Shown here: in pieces, positions 39,046-50,600 of the stretch
Layout of the letters: each line of letters opens with the position of its first letter
Numbering within the stretch: position 1 is the first letter of the stretch
Source of the DNA: Verrucomicrobia bacterium UBA6053
GTDB taxonomy: Bacteria > Verrucomicrobiota > Kiritimatiellia > SS1-B-03-39 > UBA6053
Reading direction: 5' to 3'
DNA: 64,000 nucleotides
Assembly: GCA_002429065.1 (NCBI GenBank)
Contig: DIYN01000048.1
Span: 21,727-85,726, forward strand
Notes under the pieces: model-generated
Told to the model about the DNA's origin: nothing
What the model saw: the letters and a program-made list of their open reading frames with translations, nothing else
Database searches by the model: none
Made by a program: the position numbers and the translations under genes

Positions 39046-40206
39046 GTGGAGATGTTGGATATGATCACGAGAACTTGGATGATACGCATTGTGGGGGTGA
39101 TGTCTTTGCTGTCGGTCTGTCGAGGTGAGGACGTCTACGCGACCACAGTAAAGGCCCGTAATGGAAAAGAACAAACCCTCCGGATGTGGATTCCTCCCGG
39201 GACGGAGGTGGTCCGGGGGGCGATCATGCAGGGCCGATGGGATGGACTGGAGACAAAAGGGCAGTACCGTCAACTTGCGACGATCCTGGAATTTGCTCTG
39301 ATAGGCGGCATGATGCAGCACGGGGATGACTATCAGACCTCCATCCCGCTGGCACTTCAGGATCTTGCCAGGCAAAGCGGTCATCCCGAGATTGAACACA
39401 TCCCTTTTGTCACCATGGGGTTTTCAAATGGCGGATGGTGGGCGGTGAATGTGGCCAAAGTCATGCCCGAGCGCACCATTGCGGTGGCGGTTTGTGCAAT
39501 GCCGGGTCTTTCAGATATCGAAAAAAAACCGGACCATCTGGCGGCCATGCGGACCGTGCCGGTGATGCAGGTCAACGGGGCATCGGATGGGGCCACTCAT
39601 GACTGGATGCGAAAGGAGAATCCCACATTTCCCAAACTCCGGAAGCATGATTTGCCCTGGACCCTTGCGCTCCAGTGGAACACCAAACACAAATACGGTG
39701 CCACCAATGCTCTTGCCTTCCCTTTTCTGCGTGAAGCCATTCATCTGAGGCTTCCCACCCCAGCGGATACCAGAGAAGGACCCGTCACGCTCACCGCTCT
39801 GGATCCCAGGCAGATCTGGCTCGGGGATCGCCGCACCTGGGCGAAAGGAAATGCCGTGATTGCCCCTGCGGATACCCAAGCACTCCAGGACCCGAATCAG
39901 GTCTGGCTGCTGAATGAATCGGTGGCCCGTGATTGGCGGGCCTTTCAGTCTCTGAACCGGGTGAAAACGCTGATCAAACTGGAAAAAGGTGAGGAGGGAG
40001 GTGTGATCCTGATGCTGCAGGGGAAAACAGAGGGCATCACCCATGTGCGGTACTACAATGGAGCGTCCCTGCTCGGGGAGGGCAGGGCGGAAGACGCCCT
40101 GGATCTGGGCATCCTGAAGCCCGGAATTTATTCCTTTCATGCTGAAGTCGATCTGGAAACCGGATCAGAAAATGTGACCCCATTGCGGCTCCATTTACAG
40201 CAATAG
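39046..40206 (+). CDS. Exported alpha/beta-hydrolase-fold protein with C-terminal Ig-like domain
   Basis: Signal peptide; GFSNGG nucleophile elbow, candidate Asp (NGASD) and His (TKHKY). Start uncertain (39046-39079). Confidence 0.65.
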   Translation: MEMLDMITRTWMIRIVGVMSLLSVCRGEDVYATTVKARNGKEQTLRMWIPPGTEVVRGAIMQGRWDGLETKGQYRQLATILEFALIGGMMQHGDDYQTSIPLALQDLARQSGHPEIEHIPFVTMGFSNGGWWAVNVAKVMPERTIAVAVCAMPGLSDIEKKPDHLAAMRTVPVMQVNGASDGATHDWMRKENPTFPKLRKHDLPWTLALQWNTKHKYGATNALAFPFLREAIHLRLPTPADTREGPVTLTALDPRQIWLGDRRTWAKGNAVIAPADTQALQDPNQVWLLNESVARDWRAFQSLNRVKTLIKLEKGEEGGVILMLQGKTEGITHVRYYNGASLLGEGRAEDALDLGILKPGIYSFHAEVDLETGSENVTPLRLHLQQ

Positions 40207-40344
40207 AGACGATGAAATGCGATGGTTCACGTCCTTTCTGTATTGTATGTAATGTTTACGCGAAAGTTGTTGGTTTTCATTAACATAGGAAAAGGGAATT
40301 TGTAGAATTACCTCATTCTACCCTAGGTCCCACCTCCTGATTTT

Positions 40345-43300
40345 ATGAATGACAATCATCCCCTTGTTCGAACACGTATGTATTTTCTTCTTCTCTTGCT
40401 GTTGGGTTTCGCAGGGGGGTGGTTTCTCTTCAGGATGAAGGGGGGCTCGGAGTCTGATCCGCTGACGTTCTCCGGGGATGTGGTGCAGACGCATCCGCCG
40501 CACCAGGAAGGAGTCCGTGTATCCAACGATCCCCGTTCCACTCTCCCGGAAGGCGAAGAAGTGACACATCCGTTTGCCGGCCAGGTTCTTGGTCAGAGCA
40601 GACCCTCTGACGCTCGTGGGGCTGTCTCACCTGAAGATGCAGGAGCTACCTTCCAAACCGACGGCATTTCCTCCGCCCGGGCTTCCGAAACGGCGTCTGG
40701 GGATGTGGAACATGAGTGGGAGAACACGCCGGGGGCTCTGCAAGCGGCCTGGAGGGATCAGGTCGCAGATCGAACCCAGTTAACGGTTCCCCGTCTGTTG
40801 ATGGAAGAACCTTCTCTGGCTGGAATTGAACGCGCGGATCTTTCTGAGGTTCAGGTGCGGTATACCTATTCGGAACAGATTGAATCCTCGTTCCCGACTG
40901 TGATGGAAGATAAACACGAACGGCGGAGGCATTCTTATCTGCTCACCCTTCTGGAGGAAACCGCCGATATGCAGACGCGGTTACGAGCAGAAGCCCTGGG
41001 GCTGGAATATAAAGGAATAGATGCCGAAGGCAGGGGATTCACGCTGGCGTTTTTCGAAGAAGGGGCCCCAAGATATCTCCGCACCATGAACCAAAGTGCT
41101 GCGGAATCCTCTGCTGCGGACTTAGTCAGACAGAACGTTGATTTCGATCCCATTCTGGGACCGGATCTCGACGGAAGCGGTTTCTTTTTTAACATTAACG
41201 ATCATGGAATCGCCCGGCAACATTTGGAATTCCAATTGCCGAATGGCGGTGGCAGCCGGGTGATGGAGCGGGAGCCGGAAGATCATGACAGCCATATGGA
41301 TCATGTGACCGGGACGGTGGGCGCGCACGGATACCGGGAGGATGCGAAAGGAATGGCGCCTGCGGTGAGGATGTATTCTCTGAATCAGCAGAGTTCCTCG
41401 GATGTGGATCTGCTGGGCATGAGGTTTCCCTTGCAGTCCCGCCGCTCCATCGGAGGTACCACGTCACTGGGCTGGTCCCATGAGACAGGAGAAGGAGGAG
41501 AATATGATTATACGGGGAGGAGTTTCGATGACCAACTCCTTGAGACTCCGTATTATCTTCATTTTTACGCCGCCGCGAACAACGGTGGATACAACACCAT
41601 CAGTAACGGACGGGCGGCGAGTAAGAACCTCATGACGGTGGGATCCGGCCGACATGTGAACCGGCAGGCGGACGGGACGTACATTTCAGGGGGCAATAAA
41701 TCCGGATTCAGTTCCATGGGCCCGATGGATGATGGTCGTATCAAGCCGGACATTCTCGCAAATGGTGAAAGCGTCCGCTCCACCACCGGCACCAGCGGCT
41801 ATTCCAACAAGCAGGGAACCAGTATGGCGACGCCCAACGCCTCCGGGTCCTCGATTCTGCTTCAGGATTATTTTTCCAAGCGCTTTCCCGGTCATCTGAT
41901 GAAGGCGGTGACGCTGAAAAACCTGATTGTTCACACTGCGGATGATCTCGGGGACACAGGTCCGGATTACCGTCATGGCTGGGGATTTATGAATACCCGC
42001 AAGGCTGCGGATCTGGTGGCAAGTTATGCGGATCAGCCCGGCAACCGACGGCTCACAGAAGCCGTGTTGACGAATGGTGAAACGCATGACTATCTCTTCA
42101 CCTGGGATGGCACCAGTCCCTTGGTCGCCAATCTTGCCTGGATGGATTACCGGGGCATCTCCTCTTCGGCCCACGATGACCGGCAGGCGGATATCAAATA
42201 CGACCTGGACCTGCGGATTATCAGCCCTTCTGGATCCACAACCTATCTGCCCTGGGCCATGCCGTTTGTTCTGAATGGGTTTAATACGGATGATTATGAC
42301 ACCGCAGCCGTCAAAGCCGACAACACCGTGGACAATGTGGAGCAGGTCCGCATTGGCAGTCCCACAGAGGTGGGAGTCTACACGGTTCAGATTTCGCATA
42401 AAGGGACCCTTGAGTCGGATGAACCGGTTTCGTATTCGTTGATCCTTTCCGGGGTTGATCTGTCGGCTGCTGCACCGGCTCCCACCATCAGCAGCTTTAC
42501 GCCAAATCAGGGCCGGCATCATCATCTGCAGGTGTCGGTGACAGGAACCGGTTTTTTACTGGGGGCGAATGTGCGGCTCCAGGCTCCGGGACTCGAGGCC
42601 ATTGAGGGATATGCCGAAGTTGTCACCCCAACACAGATCGAAGTGTTTCTGCCCTTGGATCGTGTCCCGCCAGGGGATTATCAGCTTGTGGTGGAGAATC
42701 CGGATGGACAGAGCGTCACTGCAGCCGGAGGGTTTGAAGTGCCTTCTTACCGGGATCTGTTGTTTGAAGATTTTGATGCGCCCGGTTTTACCTTTGCTGG
42801 AGCGGGATGGACCACCGGAGCGACGACGGGGTCCGATGAATGGACGCTCAGCAACTCGGTTTCAGTTTCCGGCAGCAGTGCACATGTTCCGGTCAGCACC
42901 GAAGAGATTTTCTCCTACCTGGAATCTCCTGCAATCGCCGTGCCGGACACAAACGACCCGATCTTTCTGAGTTTTGAGCATCTGTGGGATTTTGAAATTA
43001 CCCTGAGTGGTTCCCATGCGGGGGAAGATGCCGCTCTGCTTATGATGTCCGTGGATGGCGGAGCATTTGAGTATGTGGATCAGGGCTTTACCGGTGCCGC
43101 TGCTGGAACCGAAATTGTCAGCGGTGACTATTGGGACCATGTGGACAGCTCCAACCTCCTGAGATACAGCTATTACACCACCTACGCCTGGACGGATGAT
43201 TCGGGAGGGTGGCAGCGGACGACCGTGCAACTGGATCCCGCACTCTATAAAAACAAAACCCTCCGGTTCCGGTGGTGTCTGGGTTCTCAGAACACGGGCA

Positions 43301-46300
43301 CGGATCCGGTGGAAGGGTGGTGGATTGAGAATGTCAGCCTCAGCATTCGCGATACCAATACACCTCCTCAGCTTGATGCCGTACCTTCAAACCAGGCCAC
43401 TGTAGGGGTGCTGTACCAGCAGGTGATCTCCTTTTCGGATGCAGATGGAGGATTTCCGGCTCTGACGTCGCTTTCAACTCCCGGATGGTTGGGGTTTGTG
43501 GATCATGGTGACGGAACCGGCACGCTCAGTGGGACACCGCAGGCTGGGGATGTAGGTACTTCTCAGGTGGAAGTGGAGGCGGATGACGGCACCGCGACCC
43601 GCTCGCTGCGCTACTTCCTGAATGTTCTGCCATCCGGGGGAAATCAGCCTCCCTCGATGACCACAGGGGCCCTGGATCTGGCCATCCTGGACACCCTCTA
43701 TAGCATGGTGGTCTCTGCTGCGGATCCGGACGGTCATCTTCTTTCTCTGGAGGTTTCCAATCTGCCGTCGTGGCTTTCCTTTGTGGATCATGGCAACGGA
43801 ACGGGAACACTGAGCGGGACACCCCATGAATATACGGTGGGCAGCCTGAACCTCGAATTTGTGGTGCATGACGGTGTCGAGGGGGTGTCCCAAACGCTGC
43901 CTCTGCAGATTCTACCGGCACCGGAACTCGGATTCACATCCGCGACCGCCTCGGTTGGGGAAGGAGAGGGAACGGTTACGGTTACGGTCACACGCAGTCT
44001 GAATTCCGTTGGGCCTGTCAGCGTGGAATTCAGCACCACCGCACTGTCTGCAACCGCAGGAGATGATTTCACTGCTCAGTCGGGTACGCTGAACTGGGCG
44101 GATGGCGAAAGCGGATCCAAAACCGTCGACATTGCCATTCTCGATGACAATGACTTCAACGAAGGAAATGAAACGTTCCGGGTGGACCTGTCCAACCCCG
44201 GGAATGGGGCGGTTCTGGGGCTGAATGACAGGGTCACGGTCACCATCACCGAAAATGACATTAATGATCCGCCTCACATCACCCTGGACAGCCCGGGAAG
44301 TGCTCAGGTGGGGATTCCATCCGGCGTGGGGCTGATTCTGGAAACCACTGCGACGGATGATGGGACTTTCCAACCGCTCACCTTCAGTTGGACCCAGGAA
44401 TCCGGGCCCGGAACGGCCACCTTTTCCTCACCGGCTGCAGAAGACACCCGGGTCACCTTCGATATCGATGGCACCTATGTGCTGCGGTTAACCGCTGATG
44501 ATGGAGGAATGCAAGGCATTCGTGAAATCATCGTGACCGTTGGCGGCGGCGGGGGACCCTCCGGGTATCAGGAGGTGGCGGGCCAAGTCGTGATGGAAGC
44601 GGAGGTTCATGACCACTCCGTGACCGTAGATGGAAAAGAATGGGTGACCAATACAGACCTCACCGGGTTTCTGGGGGCCGGTCTGGTGACCGTTCTGCCG
44701 AATAACGGGGATAATAAAAACACTGGATATACGGGGGGAGGGGCTGCCCGGCTGGATTACCAGGTGAATTTCACGACAACCGGAACGTACTATATCTGGG
44801 TGCGTGGAAACTCCTCGGGTGGAGGGGATGACAGTGTCCATGCCAGCTTGAATGATCAAGTGATCGATACCGCTGACCGCATCACTGTCAGCAACAACGG
44901 GAATTGGAGCTGGAGCCGGAATACGATGGACTCTGCTGTCGCCACGTTGGAGGTCCCCACCGCCGGACTTCATACCTTTAACCTGTATATGCGGGAGGAC
45001 GGTGCGTCCGTAGACCGGATCATTTTGTCCACGGATAATAGTTTCAGTCCCAGTGGGGACGGGCCGGATGTCAGCGAACGCGGTGTCCGTCAGGGCCCGG
45101 ACGTGGACCCTGGCGGACCGTACACGGTTCAGGCCGGTCTCACTCTGTCACTCTCGGCGACAGTGACGGATGATGGTTACCCGGAGATTCCCGGCAGTAC
45201 CTCTCAAACCTGGAGTCAGGTATCCGGCCCCGGTACGGCTGCGTTTGTGGATGCTTCCCTGGAAGATGCCGCCGTCAGTTTTGATGTGCCGGGGGAATAC
45301 AGTCTCAGGCTTGTGGCAACCGATGGAGATTCCTCCACATTTGCGGAGGTTGTGGTCACGGTCACGGCATCCGGTCCTGCCGTGATTGTTACCGAAACGG
45401 ATGCCGGTACAGATGTGACGGAGGGTGGATCCGGAGACAGTTATGCCCTGGTACTGAGTCAAGCCCCCTCAGCCAATGTGACCGTCACGGTTTCACCGGA
45501 TGGTCAACTGCAGACCGACAGCCCCACCGTGGAGTTTACCCCGGCGAATTGGGACCAGCCCCAGGTGGTGAATGTTTCCGCTGTGGATGATGCTGTGGAT
45601 GAGGGGGAACATAGCGGATCGATCACCCATTCTGTTTCAAGTGGGGATGCGGGGTATGACGGGATTGTGATGAATGCCGTTTCTGTCACGATTACCGACA
45701 ATGACGCCCCCGGTGTGCTGGCATTCTCGGTATCCAGTCTTTCTGTTTCCGAGGGAGACGGGACTGCCGCACTCACGGTGACCCGGACAGGAGGCAGCGC
45801 AGGCAGCGCTCAGGTGAACTATGCAACCCTTGACGGTACGGCCACGGCAGGCGTGGATTACTCATCCAACAGCGGAAGCCTCACCTGGGCGGATGGGGAT
45901 GCCTCCGCAAAATCGATCCTGATTCCCCTTTTGGAGGATGTGACCTGGGAAGGAACGGTCAGCCTGTCGGTGACGCTGTCTTCGGCAACAGGGGCTTCTC
46001 TGGGCAGTCCATCCGTTGTCACGGTGGAGATTACCGACAATGACCTTTCGACAGATGGACTGGTACTTCACTACCCCTTTGAGGAAGGCAGCGGGACCTC
46101 CACAACCGATGCTGCGGGAAGCAACAATGGAACCCTGCAGAATTCAGTGGAATGGTCCTCCGGGAAATATGGTGGAGCCGTGGACGTTGATTTAAGCGGT
46201 GGAACGGGGGTGTTTGAGGAAGTGACCACGGATGCGTCGGTGGCACTCGCGGCCAATTCCTCCTGGACCGCGATGGCATGGGTATGGATGGACGCCGCTC

Positions 46301-47325
46301 CAGTGAATGGAATCAACCGGATCATCTTGCAGCAGAGCGACGGCGGAGGAGGGGTCGGACGGAGTTGGCTTGCCGTCTCGGATGGACGCCACCTGTATTC
46401 CTATTTGGGGAATGGGGCCACGGAGAGCGTGGCCACACTGAATACAGGCCAGTGGCATCATGTTGCCATCACAGCTGGAGGCGGGACGGTCACATTGTAT
46501 CTGGACGGAAATCCTGTGGGAACGAGTTCACGGAATGTGGAAGCGAATGATGGCATATTCAGGATTGGGAATCATAAAGACCCCTCGGATGATAAACAAT
46601 GGGACGGCAGGATTGACGAGGTTCGCCTTTACAGCCGTGTCGTACCGGCTCCGGAAATTCTGGCGATTTCCGCCTACCTTCCGCCTTCTCCACCCGCCTC
46701 TCCCACTGGAGGGGATGCCACGGCCGTCTCCAGTAGTGGTGTGGAGCTTTCCTGGACGGATCAATCGAACAATGAAGCCGGATTCAACATCCAGCGCTCT
46801 ACCCAGAGCAACAGCGGTTTCAGTACGATTCATCTCACGGCAGCCGATGTGACCTCCTACACGGACAGCGGACTGGACCCCGATACGACCTATTACTATC
46901 GGATCATGGCGACGCACGCAGTCGGAGACAGTGGATACACGGCTGATTCCGCCACCACTTGGACGGAAGAGGAACAGTATTTTGATGATGCCGGGCTAGA
47001 CCACGACATCGATCCCGGGCTGGATTCTGATGGCGATGGCACCAGCAATGAGGATGAGTTTATCGCCGGAACGAACCCGAACGATGTGAACGATGTGTTT
47101 CATGTCGAATTGAGCCACAGCCCCTCGGGGATGCAGGTGGAAGTGGCAACCGATCCGGTCAAATACTACCGGGTCAGTTGGCGCCACTCTCTGACGGCCG
47201 GTAGCTGGACTCCGGAAACAGGGTACGAAGGCTGGACACCCATTGGAGCCAGCCAATTGAATCTGAATACGAATAAAGAAGGCTTCTTTCGGGTTGAGGT
47301 ATCCACCTCCGCCTTTCCTCCCTGA
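40345..47325 (+). CDS. Giant S8 (subtilisin-like) peptidase with TIG, Ig, Calx-beta, PKD, LamG and FN3 domains
   Basis: Triad motifs INDHG, SHMDHVTGT and GTSMATP; DDGRIKPD; N-terminal TM; tandem GTGTLSGTP Ig repeats, Calx-beta, WHHVA...IDEVRLYSR, FN3. Confidence 0.92.
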   Translation: MNDNHPLVRTRMYFLLLLLLGFAGGWFLFRMKGGSESDPLTFSGDVVQTHPPHQEGVRVSNDPRSTLPEGEEVTHPFAGQVLGQSRPSDARGAVSPEDAGATFQTDGISSARASETASGDVEHEWENTPGALQAAWRDQVADRTQLTVPRLLMEEPSLAGIERADLSEVQVRYTYSEQIESSFPTVMEDKHERRRHSYLLTLLEETADMQTRLRAEALGLEYKGIDAEGRGFTLAFFEEGAPRYLRTMNQSAAESSAADLVRQNVDFDPILGPDLDGSGFFFNINDHGIARQHLEFQLPNGGGSRVMEREPEDHDSHMDHVTGTVGAHGYREDAKGMAPAVRMYSLNQQSSSDVDLLGMRFPLQSRRSIGGTTSLGWSHETGEGGEYDYTGRSFDDQLLETPYYLHFYAAANNGGYNTISNGRAASKNLMTVGSGRHVNRQADGTYISGGNKSGFSSMGPMDDGRIKPDILANGESVRSTTGTSGYSNKQGTSMATPNASGSSILLQDYFSKRFPGHLMKAVTLKNLIVHTADDLGDTGPDYRHGWGFMNTRKAADLVASYADQPGNRRLTEAVLTNGETHDYLFTWDGTSPLVANLAWMDYRGISSSAHDDRQADIKYDLDLRIISPSGSTTYLPWAMPFVLNGFNTDDYDTAAVKADNTVDNVEQVRIGSPTEVGVYTVQISHKGTLESDEPVSYSLILSGVDLSAAAPAPTISSFTPNQGRHHHLQVSVTGTGFLLGANVRLQAPGLEAIEGYAEVVTPTQIEVFLPLDRVPPGDYQLVVENPDGQSVTAAGGFEVPSYRDLLFEDFDAPGFTFAGAGWTTGATTGSDEWTLSNSVSVSGSSAHVPVSTEEIFSYLESPAIAVPDTNDPIFLSFEHLWDFEITLSGSHAGEDAALLMMSVDGGAFEYVDQGFTGAAAGTEIVSGDYWDHVDSSNLLRYSYYTTYAWTDDSGGWQRTTVQLDPALYKNKTLRFRWCLGSQNTGTDPVEGWWIENVSLSIRDTNTPPQLDAVPSNQATVGVLYQQVISFSDADGGFPALTSLSTPGWLGFVDHGDGTGTLSGTPQAGDVGTSQVEVEADDGTATRSLRYFLNVLPSGGNQPPSMTTGALDLAILDTLYSMVVSAADPDGHLLSLEVSNLPSWLSFVDHGNGTGTLSGTPHEYTVGSLNLEFVVHDGVEGVSQTLPLQILPAPELGFTSATASVGEGEGTVTVTVTRSLNSVGPVSVEFSTTALSATAGDDFTAQSGTLNWADGESGSKTVDIAILDDNDFNEGNETFRVDLSNPGNGAVLGLNDRVTVTITENDINDPPHITLDSPGSAQVGIPSGVGLILETTATDDGTFQPLTFSWTQESGPGTATFSSPAAEDTRVTFDIDGTYVLRLTADDGGMQGIREIIVTVGGGGGPSGYQEVAGQVVMEAEVHDHSVTVDGKEWVTNTDLTGFLGAGLVTVLPNNGDNKNTGYTGGGAARLDYQVNFTTTGTYYIWVRGNSSGGGDDSVHASLNDQVIDTADRITVSNNGNWSWSRNTMDSAVATLEVPTAGLHTFNLYMREDGASVDRIILSTDNSFSPSGDGPDVSERGVRQGPDVDPGGPYTVQAGLTLSLSATVTDDGYPEIPGSTSQTWSQVSGPGTAAFVDASLEDAAVSFDVPGEYSLRLVATDGDSSTFAEVVVTVTASGPAVIVTETDAGTDVTEGGSGDSYALVLSQAPSANVTVTVSPDGQLQTDSPTVEFTPANWDQPQVVNVSAVDDAVDEGEHSGSITHSVSSGDAGYDGIVMNAVSVTITDNDAPGVLAFSVSSLSVSEGDGTAALTVTRTGGSAGSAQVNYATLDGTATAGVDYSSNSGSLTWADGDASAKSILIPLLEDVTWEGTVSLSVTLSSATGASLGSPSVVTVEITDNDLSTDGLVLHYPFEEGSGTSTTDAAGSNNGTLQNSVEWSSGKYGGAVDVDLSGGTGVFEEVTTDASVALAANSSWTAMAWVWMDAAPVNGINRIILQQSDGGGGVGRSWLAVSDGRHLYSYLGNGATESVATLNTGQWHHVAITAGGGTVTLYLDGNPVGTSSRNVEANDGIFRIGNHKDPSDDKQWDGRIDEVRLYSRVVPAPEILAISAYLPPSPPASPTGGDATAVSSSGVELSWTDQSNNEAGFNIQRSTQSNSGFSTIHLTAADVTSYTDSGLDPDTTYYYRIMATHAVGDSGYTADSATTWTEEEQYFDDAGLDHDIDPGLDSDGDGTSNEDEFIAGTNPNDVNDVFHVELSHSPSGMQVEVATDPVKYYRVSWRHSLTAGSWTPETGYEGWTPIGASQLNLNTNKEGFFRVEVSTSAFPP

Positions 47326-47623
47326 TCTGGGGAACTGCACCCGGTTTTGTCCTTAAATTCAAACGTTTCGTCACTCAAATAGTTATACGTTTATCGCTGT
47401 GTTCGGCAGCGGTTTTGTCCTGTTTGCACAATATCACATGTCAATTTGCGAAAAACGCGGGTATTTTCGAGGTCCGGTTTAACATTTATCCTTTCCAGGT
47501 TACCCTAATGTGTAGGCTTCTATCATTCAGGTCATTTCTGTAGAACGATCACCTGAAGTGAGGCGGCCTTGCCAGAGGGCATATCGCTCTTTGCGAAACG
47601 AATGGATTGGATGGATATACGCA

Positions 47624-50600
47624 ATGGATCAAGGTAACGTGCTTAAAGGGGTTGGGGTCGTGTTGTTGGGGGCAATCGTTGGGGGGGCGATTCTCTTTCT
47701 GCAGAGACATTCACATTCTCCATTGCAGGAGGTACCCCAAAGGATGGCCGTACATTCTGAAGGGGGGGAATCCTCTTTTCCCGATGTTGCATCCGGCCTA
47801 TCCTCCTCCGAACCCGCCGTTTCGACGCACACCTTTCCTGCGGTTGCAGGCCCCGAACGTCAACCGGTGATGCCGCAACAGATGCCTACTGCCCCGCTCT
47901 CGGATGAGATGCAAGTGTGGGTGGATGAAGTGGAATCGGGGCGGCAGGTGTCTGTTTCCCTGCAGGGACAGGACCGGACCTACCTCTTCCGGCCGTTGGA
48001 CGTGACGACGGATTCCTTCCGAATCTCCACCGGGAAGGATTCGGAACATTCGGTTGACTTCCGGGTCTACGAAGGAAGAGAGCTGATTGGAGATCAACTG
48101 GGCGGTGGCCGTGCGTCGATGGCGGTGGTTCAGGACACCTACTCGATCGCCTTAGCGACTGCGCAGGGCGATTTCCTTATTGAAGAGGATCCTGACAGCG
48201 GAGAAATGGTGGCGGTAGTTCTGGGGGATGCCGGAATGGGCGAACATGTGTGTACCCTTCATCAGGGGCAGTCGATGGTTCGGGCTCCGGCCGGGGATGA
48301 CGGGACCCGGGAACGCATTCCCGTCTCTCTTGTGCTCAAGGAGGCCGTGGCGGGTTCACCCGGATCTGCCGGTGAGAACTGGGTAAACCACTCGTACTAC
48401 CGGCTTGGGCCCCAATACGATGCCTCCCTCCGGGACATGCCCGTTCTGTGGGGATCGTCCAAATCGCAGACCGGCAGCAGCAGCAGTTTAAACAGCCGTG
48501 CCGCGTCTTACCTAACGTATGCTGCCAGAGTCCGGGACACCTATGAGCGGCAGCTTGGACTGCGGTTTATGCTGATGGAGCTGGTCATGGTGCCAAACGA
48601 TTCCTCTGAGGATGATTTGGGCGAAAGTCTTGGCGAATGGAGAACCTGGCTGTCCAATCACCGGCCCCAGTCCACCTTCGACTGGGGGCATGCCGGTCTC
48701 TGGACCTTGGTGGACGGCAGCGGAGGCGGAGTCATTGGACGTGCATTCGTGGATAATTATGGAGACAGTGCACTGGGCGTCTCTGTTCAGGAGCGAAATT
48801 TCGACTGGGATGTGTTTAACCATGAACTGGGCCACAATGTCGGGGCCAGTCATTCCAACGGCGGGGTGATGAATCCCAGCCTCAGCAACAACAATGAGGA
48901 TTTTTTTAAGAAAAGTGAGAACGGGGACTACACCGCCGCCATGGACATTTACAATCATATGTCCACCAGCAGCGATGCGCTCAACAAGCTTTACGGACCC
49001 GCAGACCTCCGTCATCCCGAAGAGACCCCTTTCGCGATCACGGACGAGGTATCCACTCCGCTGGAGACGCCACTTACCTTTGATCCGCTTGAAAATGATA
49101 TTCATACCGTTCCCTATGGGACAGAAAATGCGCTTCGACTGATTGAAGTGGGCAGTGTGTATCCCGCAGCAGCGGGAACGGTGGAGGTGGATGGAGAACT
49201 TCTGACCTTCACCCCCTCAACCGGCTACACCGGGAATGCCTGGTTCACCTACACCATTCAGGGGACGATTGGGAATGGAGGCCGCGGCTGGCTTCATGCG
49301 GCTGACGTGATTGTCAGTGTCGGAGGAAGCAGCGCAGACCCGACACTTTCACCGGCATTGGCCCTTCAGGATGATTATCTGGACGCCACTCTGCTTGAAC
49401 CGGTCCGGTTTAATCCTCTTCTCAATGACGAAGGGGAGGGACGGCTGTGGGCCGGACGGGTGGATGTGGTGCTTGGGCCTGGGGATACGACGCCTGAATC
49501 CTATTCGGATGACCCGTTTCAACTCACAAATGTTGCCGTGGTCAGCGGGACAGGGAGTGTCTCTTTGGAGAGTCTTCAGGTGGTAGACGCATCCACCCCG
49601 TCCAGCGGCTTCACTGGATATGTGGTGTATACTCCCGGCCCGGGTGAGGGGAACCTCGTCCATTTAACCTATGACGTGAAGGATGCAAATGGAACGACCG
49701 CCACCGCCAACGTATACCTGAACCGGAAGATCGGCCTCACCACCTCGGCCTCAGTGGCGGCACTTCTGGAAACCGAAGGCAAGGTGGCCACGTTGACCAT
49801 TTCCCGTCCCCCGACCGCCGGAACCGTCTCGGATGAAACCGTCTATTTCGCCCTGTCCGGAAATGCAAAACTCTCTGGCCCGAATGCGGATGTGGTGGTG
49901 ACAGGCTATCAGGAGTTTCATCTTCCCACCCAGACGGGGAGTGTTGTCATTCCTGCAGGCCAGATGTCGACCAGTCTCACGGTCTGGGCCCGGCCGGATG
50001 CGCTTACAGAAGGGACGGAACTGCTGAGCCTTCTGCTTCTCGACGCGGAAACGCTCCTTGCAGATCCCAATGAGGCGGTCGTCCTGGAGATCCGGGATTC
50101 AGGTCCTATCACCACCTTTCTGCTGAATGAGGACCTTGACGGGTTTAATTCGACCCAGGATGCAAGCTGGAACGGGTGGAGCAATCCCACTGATGATGAC
50201 ATGGACTGGCGGGTGAACTCCGGAAGCACTGGATCCTCCAGTACGGGTCCGAACGGGGACAACACCAGTGGTTCCGGAAAGTATCTCTACACAGAAGCAT
50301 CCGGGAGCAGTAACCGAACCGCTCACTTTCTCTCCCCCACACTGGACACCAGTTCCGCTCCTGCTCTGCTGTTGGAATTTGCCTACAACATGTACGGCTC
50401 CGATATGGGAGACCTGCATGTGGATGTCTATTCCAACGGAAGCTGGACCCAGAATGTCATTCCCCCTTTTGTCGGTCAGCAGAGTCAGAATGGAGACGAC
50501 TGGAAGACCCTGTTTCTGGATCTGGGGGGCTACCGGGCTTCAGATTTCCGAGTGCGATTCCGGGGAGAAACAGGGGATAGCTTCCGAAGTGACATGGCCA

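Noticed and set aside
38830..39399. 189-aa minus-strand ORF with FFFVVFFFVFVFV
   Set aside because: Antisense to the hydrolase gene; the hydrophobic run comes from the purine-rich repeat arm.
40331..40338. Anti-Shine-Dalgarno-like CACCTCCT just before the S8 start
   Set aside because: An 8-mer can occur by chance, the start codon is uncertain, and the reverse strand gives only a two-codon ORF.
43480..43825. Duplicated DNA segment within the S8 gene
   Set aside because: Explained by tandem Ig repeats at the protein level with diverged codons.
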